From the NCBI GenBank assembly GCA_002269645.1, contig NIVC01003851.1, forward strand, positions 1-43,427: a stretch of 43,427 bases of DNA. Direction: 5' to 3'. Source of the DNA: Macrostomum lignano. Taxonomy: Eukaryota. This document shows, piece by piece, positions 34,594-43,427 of the stretch (position 1 is its first letter; each line of letters opens with the position of its first letter). Under the pieces are notes generated by a model. The model was given only the letters and a program-made list of their open reading frames with translations, had not been told where the DNA came from and did not search any database. A program made the position numbers and the translations under genes.

Positions 34594-35654
34594 CAGACTT
34601 TTCTTGACGCTGCAGCTGTTTTCTCTGAAGTCGGACAGTTTTTTAGTCCAGTGTATAAAATCCCTCACAAGTTTTACGTGCGGCCGCTTATCTCCTTTGC
34701 GGTTGAATTGCTTTTATAAACTAAGAATCAGCAGTTATGACCATAGACTAAGCTTCTGCTGATCTCAAGCATTAGAACTCAAAGAAAAGCACTTGAAAAT
34801 GATTTAGAATCCGACTGACACAGGACTTCGTTTCACAACAGCAGCAGCAGCAGCAGCAGCTAGTGTCTATGGCCCAAACCTCAGGGTAAATATATACATG
34901 TACATTAGCGATTGCTGGAGTGACAAATTGCTTTTATAAACTTTATAGGTTATATCGAATCTTGTGTACATTGTCACAATTGCAATACATGATTGCCACA
35001 CGTTCGATGAGTTGATTTTTTTAGTATACGTCTATGAGAATATTTATTACATGTAGTACAAGCGTATAATTTATGTACATGTGTAAAAGATATAGAATTA
35101 TATCCGATTTTTCTTTGCACAACAGCAAAAGCTTGATGTTATGGCTTTTACCCTCCTAATACGATTTTTTATTCGAGCAACTTTCTTTTTGGTTCTTAAT
35201 TTATGTAGCTGCGCGATGACTCAATATCTTTGCGGGTCTTACTCATGCAGCTATTATTATATATATAATCTAATGATTAGCATTGTACATCCATGGAACG
35301 CGTATCTGAAGAATGGTGTGGTACACCATTTTACCTCCTATGTTCAAAAGAAACAAGCCAGAACTTCCATTCAAACACTTTAAGAAATAACAGCCCTTGC
35401 GGAAATTCAATTCAAACAAAGTCCCTTTCTATTGAAACAGAAGAACTTCAATTCAGACTGTCTGGCCAAAACTGTCCCCGAGTGACGCGCATAGCATGCG
35501 CAAACTTGAAATTCAAAAGAAACAAAGTCACATTCTATTTCGACAGAGATTTTTGCACATAGGTACAACTTAAAAAAGTACATTTTTAGTACATTAATCT
35601 AACTGTTTTCCCTGTACTGCATAACTGTACAATCGTTGCGCAACAAGAAACGAT

Positions 35655-35930
35655 ATGAATGCTGAAGATCAGATTGAAGAAGACGATGAATTGCTGGAAG
35701 AAGATGGAATCGATGAATTTGAAGCAGAATTCGATGAAGATATCATGGAACAGCAGCATTGGCAGTGCGCTATTGTTTAAGCAACAGTGACAAAGACCGT
35801 ATCATCAGGGCTGCTGATCGTGGGGATTACTTTGTGGAACTGGCGCGCCAACTTGGAGTCAAGGGGTCAACAGCGAACACGATTGTGAGGTCAGGGAGAG
35901 CGGAAAAGCAGCCTACGAGATTCCGGACAC
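35655..35930 (+). mobile_element. Tc1/IS630-like transposase N-terminal helix-turn-helix fragment
   Basis: Acidic leader, then (frameshifted) RYCLSNSDKDRIIRAADRGDYFVELARQLGVKGSTANTIVR, a typical paired-like HTH pattern. Confidence 0.55.
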
Positions 35931-36269
35931 CATTCAGGTCAAGCCACTACGGAGCTATTGAATCTGAGAATATATATTTGCCCAAATTGTCAGTCCTATT
36001 TTGACAAGGTCAACTTCCCGGCCCAATTATAGTTACAGCAGGATCCATTTGTCGATAAATTCGCTGTACTATTTTTGTCAACATGCATACAGTGAAACAG
36101 AGAATGGATGAGGGAAAATCCGAGAGCAAAATTGTTTGAGCGTGGTAGTATGCTTGCAAAATGGTGGTACGTGTGTATACATGTACAATTGGTTAAGTGC
36201 CCTTTTTAGTGCGAAGCGCGGAGCGCGCACCAGCGAGTTGAGCGCCGACGCGAGCGAAACCGGCGAGAC

Positions 36270-36700
36270 CGGCAACGTGGCGGTCCATCTGGGTCTTCCG
36301 GCGCTGTTCTAGGCGGTGGTCGAGACCGTCCTTTTGTACAACGCCGAGACCTGGACGCTGACGGATTCGCTCGAACAGCAAGTCAACGCGGCGCACGCTG
36401 GCCTTTTGCACGCCGCCTTTGAAGATCAGCGATGAGCGGATCACTAACGCGGCACTCTATCGCCGCGCCGGCCTGGCCCGTCCAAGTGAACTGCTGCGAC
36501 TTCAGCGACTCCAGCTGGCAGGCCACATCATTCGCGCCGAGTCCTACTGCCCGCGCAGCCGGTGCTGGAGGTGCTGCTGCTAACGCTGCAGGCACCCTTA
36601 CCGGCGGCCAGGCCCAAACTCGGCGTTTCGTCGACTGCCTGCTCGCCGACGCTGGCGCCCCTGCCGCGGTGGGGCCTTTGTTCGCCCCCAGACTCTGAAG
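36270..36700 (+). mobile_element. Non-LTR retrotransposon (RTE-like LINE) 3' fragment, frameshifted
   Basis: AVVETVLLYNAETWTLTDSLEQQV...ITNAALY...LRLQRLQLAGHIIR, typical of the region C-terminal to LINE reverse transcriptase. Confidence 0.8.
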
Positions 36701-37459
36701 CGTGCGCTGTGACGCAGCATTTTTCCACCTGACAGCGTATTTTGTTGTTGTGCGAAATTTAAAATTTTGATGCTGTCAAAAAGCTTTGAAAGTCATTGAG
36801 AGTAAACTCGTGTATACATGTAGTGTAGGCAGTTCAATAAAGACAATATTGATATCTAAACACTAGCTCTTGGCGAGTGACCTCGCCTTTAGTCAAGACT
36901 TATCAGTCATATAGAATACCGGCTGCCGGATGATGTCGAAAAGTTTAGGCAGATAAATTATAGAAAATGATAATGGAAACAAAATAAATGACTTGAATAG
37001 GTTGCCCTCGTTTTATTATATTAGAAATTGGTGCAGTATAGACCATGATTTAACTTTAACGTCACAGTAAAATTGTTGTTTTACTTTGTCAAATGACAAA
37101 TGAATTTTCGGAGAAATGGCATTTCTATTTTAAGAAACAGTACTACTCACCACAAGATGGTGGATCAGAGGCCTGTTCTGTCTATACAGTCGATTCCGTT
37201 TCGTTCCGACCCATGCCATAACTAACTAGGAAAAATATGCAAAAACTGAACCCAGCCTTGCCTTGGCATTTGGAGGATGCAGTGTGAATAGGAAATTCAT
37301 TTTTTAAACATACAAATGTTCCTACGAGGACTTTAGAATTAGAATTTAGCATCGAGCAATTTTTTAACCACGATGCATGTATTGTCACAGGAAAATCTCT
37401 GATCAAGTGGTGAAAGTTTGAAAAAAATGTTTTTTTCTGAAATCAATTGCATATGGACA

Positions 37460-38130
37460 GACGGATTCGAGACGAGATTCAAGATGAGAAGGGTTATAAG
37501 CCAAGAATTTCGAGACAAGACAAGACAAAGTAAATCTAAAAAAATATATTTCAGAATTGCATCTTGTCTTGCTCTTATCTTGTCTTATCTTGTCTTAAAT
37601 TTCTTGATAAGATATAATTCTAAAATAAATTTTTTAGATTTTCTAGAATACTTTCTTAATTCTAGTTTTAATTCTTTGCTATTTATTCAAAAGCATTTAT
37701 GCTTGTAGCATATAGGCCCTTGGCCCTACTATGTCTATTACTAATTCTTCAAAAGACCTATGTAGATTGTCTTCAAGTCTGCTGTGATACACATTGCTGC
37801 AGAACTGAAATGATAACTAAAAGAGTGCATATGCAATGCAAACTCGTATATAATGACATTCATTAAATAACTAAAACTGCTTGACATTGGCTAGATTTTA
37901 CCATTTGAAAATTGCCCTATCAAGTGTGTTACAACAAACAGTTGTATTTATATGAAAATTTGCTCCCCTTTTTATATCTTATCATTTAAAAACTTTTGAA
38001 AAAAAGGTATCAAAAAATTCTTGAATCTCGTCTCAAATTTCTTGACAAAATTCGAGATTTCTCGAGATAAGAAAAAATGTCAAGATCTTGTCTCGAATCT
38101 TGTCTTGTTGAGATCTTGTTACAGCTCTAC
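37460..38130. repeat. CAAGA/TCTTG-rich inverted-repeat remnant, probable MITE
   Basis: GAGACAAGACAAGA and TCTTGTCTCGAATC motifs on both strands; right end ...GTTACAGCTCTA; left end not found. Confidence 0.4.
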
Positions 38131-39534
38131 TATATTCTACAGTTGATTCTGCAACTTTACTTATTATTCTGCATTTTACTGTGCTATTCTATTTTAATTC
38201 TGCTGTGGATTCCATGTTTTACTAGGTACCCTATGCTATGGCTATATATGCTATGATCTGATCTTGGATTTGGAATATCAATATTGATATTGTTTTTGGG
38301 ATTTGTTTCCTATCCTAATTTTTATTGGTATTCAAGATCCTATGGCTATGATTTTAGTCTTCAATATTAAGATTAGCAACCTAACTAACCTATCTGGCTA
38401 TCTAACCTATCCTGATGGTTTTAGAGTTCAAGATATGATACTGAATTGAAATATGAAAAAGATCAGTTGCACTCGTTTTTTTGGTCCTAAAATAGCAAAT
38501 CTATAGGGGGCCTATCATAGTTTATTGAAAAAATTTTGAAACTAGTTTTATTTAAAAGCAAATGGGTTATATTTTAGTAAGTATGATAGTTGTTGCTACA
38601 GAAACATGCCTTTATAGAGACAATAAATTTGCTTCTGAATTCCTATGAGTTTTGATTGCCTAATTATCTAAAGTTGTTTTTTCTAAAAGATAACATGTAT
38701 ACTTAATATATTGGTTTCCTGACAGACATTCAGAAATCATTCAGTAAATGTTTAACAAAATTGTCTATTTAGTATGCAAGACAGTGCAATTTTTCATATA
38801 TTTTTATGCTTGTTTCTGCTTTGAAAAGATACATCAGACACACACAAAGACACTTTACAAGCTGAGATATCCCTAGCAACAGTTGTTACGACATTTCCCA
38901 ATAGTCCAAATACTGTATATAGTTGTTTTTGAGGAGCCACTACATTGTTGCACTTTGCTCTTTTTGGCCAGGTCAGCCAATGGCCAATGTTCTTTAAACA
39001 TTCAGCTGCTATGTGTGGTTAAAAATCATCTTAATATCTATCTTCAAATAGGTAGCATCAAACTTAAAATCAGCCTTCAAAAATTTTTATATAGTTTATG
39101 AGTGCCGGGTCCTTCTTTAATAATTGTCCTTGTATGTATATATAGGTTGCAATGTAATTTGGAGTATTAAATTATGGCTTACTACTGTTGACTTATTTCC
39201 CAGATTGACGATGCCATCTCTTAGGCAAGAAAGGCACACTCCATTCCTAAAGATTACCAAAATTGAGATCCTATTTTCTCATTTTTAGCTTGCAACTAGG
39301 AATTAGAAATAACTTGAGAAATTGTATGACTATGTGGAATTGGCTTTGGAAAGCCAAATCTATATGTAGCACCCAGTGTTCACCTGTGCAACCTCCTCAT
39401 GAAGATGAGTCTTGTTTCCAATAGAACAGCAATTCATTTAGACCTCATAGCTCCACTGAATACCAGCCAACCAGTGGCCAGGCTAAAGCCCAGCCAGCCA
39501 CTGGCCAGGCGACCAAGAATGAAAGAGCCAGAAG

Positions 39535-39648
39535 TCCTGAAGGGACTCCTGAAGGGACTCCTGAAGGGACTCCTAAAGGGACTCCTGAAGGGACTCCTGA
39601 AGGGACTCCTAAAGGGACTCCTGAAGGGACTCCTGAAGGGACTCTTGA
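39535..39648. repeat. 12-bp tandem repeat CTGAAGGGACTC
   Basis: About 9 near-perfect units. Confidence 0.9.
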
Positions 39649-40465
39649 AAGGCAACTTGTTATGGACTGCTCCTCAATGAATGAAGTGACAGCAACAATG
39701 ACAATATCAATTAAAGCTATAAGGAAGATTCATTTAGGAATTAATAATTCCAAATATGTTTTTTTCGAAGCTAGCACTAAATGAAGCTCTTTGCAAATCA
39801 TTGAGATCTATATCGTCTTGTTGCTTGCGCATGAGGGAGTATTGTCATGTTAGTGCAATTGAATCTAGAAAAAAATGTACAAATTTTTTGACAATAAGGG
39901 CTGAGTGCAAGATGCAAGGGTGCAAGAAACTTACTTTTGTAATGAAAGAAAAACCCCTATTGCAAGATGCTGGGAGTGGCACGTCATCGGACAAGGTCTC
40001 TTTGACCATTCGAAAGCCAAATCATCAACTTTTAGAAGAATAACAGAGGATGAGGAAGAAAATTTCACAAAACTTGTTGCAGAGGAAATTTTCTTTGCCA
40101 TTTTGAAAGTCATGTCTTACTTTCTTCTAGCAGTTGTTCAACAACTTTGCTGTCTCGATGACTTGTGACAATCTGATCAGGTATAGTTGACACTCTAGAT
40201 GGGTGTGGAATCTCAAAAAGTTACATTTACTTGTGATTTCTTTTAGGGCTGTTTTTGTTGCTTCCTTGTGTTGCTTTTTTGCTACATTTAAATTATCCAA
40301 CATTTCTTACATTTTCTCTCAATAATCTTAACTTAATAATAATAGTAGTAGTACAGTATATAATCATAGTAATATTAATAATAATAACAGTACAGTAATG
40401 TTAATAGTAATAACATTATTATAAGTAGTGCAAATATTATTAAAAAGTAATATTAATAATAATAG

Positions 40466-40950
40466 CATTCGGTGTACTAAGTATTTAGAAAACATTGTAA
40501 CAACCATTGCTAAAGAATATCTCAGCTTGTGAAGCATCTTTGTTGGTCTTTAATGTGTCTTTTTACAGCAAGGCATGCATAAAGTAGCAGTGCAATTTTC
40601 ATCCAGAATGAGCACAGCTTCTAAAAAAATGGTTATACAATTCAAACAGCAACATCAAACAGCATTCGGTATATCTAGAAAATATGGTAACAACCATTGC
40701 TAGGGAATATCTTAGCTTGTGAAGTGTCTTTGTGTGTGTCTAATGTGTCTTTTTAAAGTAGAGACATGTGTAAAGCAGCTGTGTAATTTTCATTCAGAAA
40801 GAACAAAGTGCAATGATATAGCGGCTCCTCAAAAACAACTATATACAGTATTTGGTATATTGGGAAACATTGTAACAACCATTACTAAAGAATATCTCAG
40901 CTTGTGAAGCATTTTTTGTGTGTATCTGATGTGTCTTTTTAAAGCAGAGA
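40466..40950. repeat. Three degenerate direct repeats, period about 190 bp
   Basis: Shared core GTAACAACCATT(G/A)CTA..GAATATCT.AGCTTGTGAAG near 40495, 40687 and 40872. Confidence 0.8.
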
Positions 40951-42155
40951 CATTAACTGTGATGGTCTCAGTGTGGTAGACCAATCAAAATAATATACAG
41001 CAAGTCTAAAAAATACAAGTGTAAATAGTTGTTGATGTAGGGTAAGACTTGGATAGAAAAACAAGACCTTCATTAATTATAGTGTTTTGTATTTCACCAT
41101 TTTAATCTTTAACATATTTTAGCCCCTTTTGACCTAGCTTTTTTGTTTTATTAGTTTATTGGTTTATTTTTATTTTTTAATTATCTTTCTTTTTATTTGC
41201 ATTTTGCCTTAATTAATTTGTTTTGCTTATTGGCTTATTTAGGTCCTATTGTCAGGAAGGTGTCAAGTGTTTTTAGGTGAAAGAGTTTTTTAGGCAAAGG
41301 TTTTGGTGTATGCCAAGTATGCTAAGACTCTCCAACCCCTAATTATAAAGTTTTAACCTTTTAATCTTGACATTGTTTGCTCAATTTTGTTCAACTCTAT
41401 ATGGATTTACAAACTACAATACACTAAAAGACTTGAACCCAATTCTTAAATTCCAATCCCAATCCTGAGAAAAAAATTATTCCTGATCCCAATCCCACCC
41501 AATGATTTCAGTCAATTCTGTCCAACCTCTAATATACTGTTTAAAAATATATGTTTTGAAAAGAATAAATTAACAAAAAAGCTCACAGAATGAAAATTTT
41601 AGATATAAAAGTTACAATTGTTCAAATAAAGGGTTGCATGTTGATACATTGAACAAACTTTTGAGTGCAGTGAAGCTCCTAGCCTGCAGTTTTGTTTTAC
41701 CTTCTTGTTCAGATTAAGGATTTTGGATGCAGTTGAAATTAAGTAACCATCTTTGCTGGTTACTGGCACCCTCTATCCTTATTGCTTGTTAAATGCAGTT
41801 GATTTGCCATAGCCTCTGTTTCTAGTATGTTTATTTTTGCTATTAAGTCTCAGATTTCTAGATTTGATCAGATTGCAAAAACCAATATTAAGTTCTATAT
41901 TGTGTGTTATTTATATTATTTCTTTCATTTGAAGTAATTTGATGTTTTTAGCAATAGCAATAAAGGGTAAAGTACTTAGCAACCCAGGGCACTAGCAATT
42001 CCTATTCATGCCCTCCAAGGCTCCAATCCAGGAGTAGAGATATTGATATTTTATTGAATTTTAGGCATAGGTCTAAAAGTGCAGATTATAATTTTTTTAT
42101 GGCTAAAAGTAAAGCCTATTACAATAATCAATGGAGTTTAATACCACAACATTGC

Positions 42156-42510
42156 ATGTTGTTCTATAGCTTCTTCAAGACCCTCGTGGGTAAAGACGTG
42201 GTGGTGGAGCTCAAAAATGATTTGAGCATCTGCGGCACCCTGCAATCTGTTGACCAATATCTCAACATTAATTTGAACGATATTAGCGTCACAGATCCAA
42301 ACAAATATCCGCACATGATGTCAATGAAAAATTGTTTCATCGTGGATGCGCTATGTACAGCTGCCGGCTGACGAGTGCGACACTGTTGAGTTGCAGAATG
42401 CTGCTAGAAAGGAGGCGATGCAAAGCAAATCAGTTGCTGCGGCTGCCTCTGCTGCTGCTGCAGGAGGAGGAGGAGGCGGCGGCACTGGAGGACACGGCGG
42501 AGCACATTAG
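42156..42510 (+). pseudogene. LSM2: Intronless LSM2 (U6 snRNA-associated Sm-like protein) copy with a frameshift
   Basis: MLFYSFFKTLVGKDVVVELKNDLSICGTLQSVDQYLNI...KNCFI; deletions at 42341-42347 disrupt the RGSVV motif; then RYVQLPADECDT...AARKEA in another frame. Confidence 0.88.
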
Positions 42511-43176
42511 ATAAGTCATTTCCTGGAACTGAGCCTGCTCTAAAAAGGGCCGTTTTTTTCTCATCTATATGTCAAAATATTTGTTTTTGTATTCACGTTA
42601 AAGTAATTTTATAAGGGTGTTCAAAATAAAGATAAATTGTCATTATAAAATTTTTTAAGTCTTAGTGTTGCCATAATTGTACTATGTAAGCAACCATTTT
42701 CATAATTTTCTAGCATTTAACTATATTATAATCTGTCTGCTTTGAAATCTTAGCTGTCTTTTGTGTTGAATATCTGAAAAGTTGAAGTAATATAAAATAA
42801 TAGTGAAGTTTTGCCTGGACTTTAAAGTCCCATGCTTTTTACTTTGGAAATCTTTTTTGTCTTAAAATTATTTTTTTAAGAGTACGCCTATAATTATTTA
42901 TTTTAATAGCAAAATAATTCTGTAGTAATTATATACGACAATTTTTGTTTTCAGAATTATCTCTCGTATTTACTCGTCATACGCTAAAACTGAACTACTT
43001 CAAGTAGTTGAAATCTGTATAGAAAAATGAGCCAGAACCACGGAGTCAAAGGCTCTCAGACTGTTACAGTTGAGCCTCAGCCGCAAGAGGAGACTGTCAC
43101 TTTCATTGATTGATAACTCGACTCAAGATAGTAGGCAGGTAAGAAATCGTCTTAATCTTTGTGCATACCATCGAGT

Positions 43177-43226
43177 AGCTGTAAAATGGGTGTTAGCTGG
43201 GTTGAGGGTGTGTTGTGGCGACCCCC
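43177..43226 (+). mobile_element. Fragment of SINE family A
   Basis: AGCTGTAAAATGGG...TTGAGGGTGTG(T)TGTGGCGACCCCC matches the reverse complement of about 1700-1765. Confidence 0.6.
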
Positions 43227-43427
43227 AGTCCTTGGACTGAACATCCGTTAGGGCAGGTGTATCAACTATTTATTGTTATATTATTAAAGGTTTCCCTGAC
43301 AGCTTTATTTAACATTTCTAAGAAACGCCCTTTAACTGAGGTGCAATTCGCCAGGTACACTGTAGACAATTGAGCATCTTGGCAAAAAGAAATCCAAATG
43401 CTGTTGCGTCTACAAGAAGCCAAGAAA

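Noticed and set aside
39399-39680. (LKGL)n amphipathic peptide ORF
   Set aside because: Produced by a 12-bp tandem repeat, with no splice or start context.

Overview
Eukaryotic (animal, intron-containing) DNA; the style suggests the flatworm Macrostomum, which is inference only. Bases 1-19.5 kb hold a minus-strand kinesin-6 (KIF20/MKLP2-like) gene. I traced it by hand through 24 exons (~1,710 aa in the window), and it runs off the left edge. Nearly every large intron is filled by its own minisatellite. The coiled-coil stalk contains five near-identical tandem copies of an exon pair (29+45 aa) embedded in a 19-20 bp satellite, plus older 117-nt phase-0 exons. Upstream are a 547-bp non-autonomous DNA transposon with a perfect target-site duplication (TSD), a decayed full-length DD34D mariner and a foldback element. 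At 26.7-28.5 kb is a gene for a secreted PAN/apple-like plus ALK/LTK-type glycine-rich protein carrying lesions. A second mariner (28.5-31.5 kb) is split by a 2,007-bp TG...CA insertion. It is followed by a copy of the glycine-rich 3' end fused to an inverted partial copy of the kinesin gene (31.7-34.6 kb). The rest holds Tc1-like and RTE-LINE fragments, SINEs and an intronless, frameshifted LSM2 copy. All comparisons were made by eye and no database search was run.
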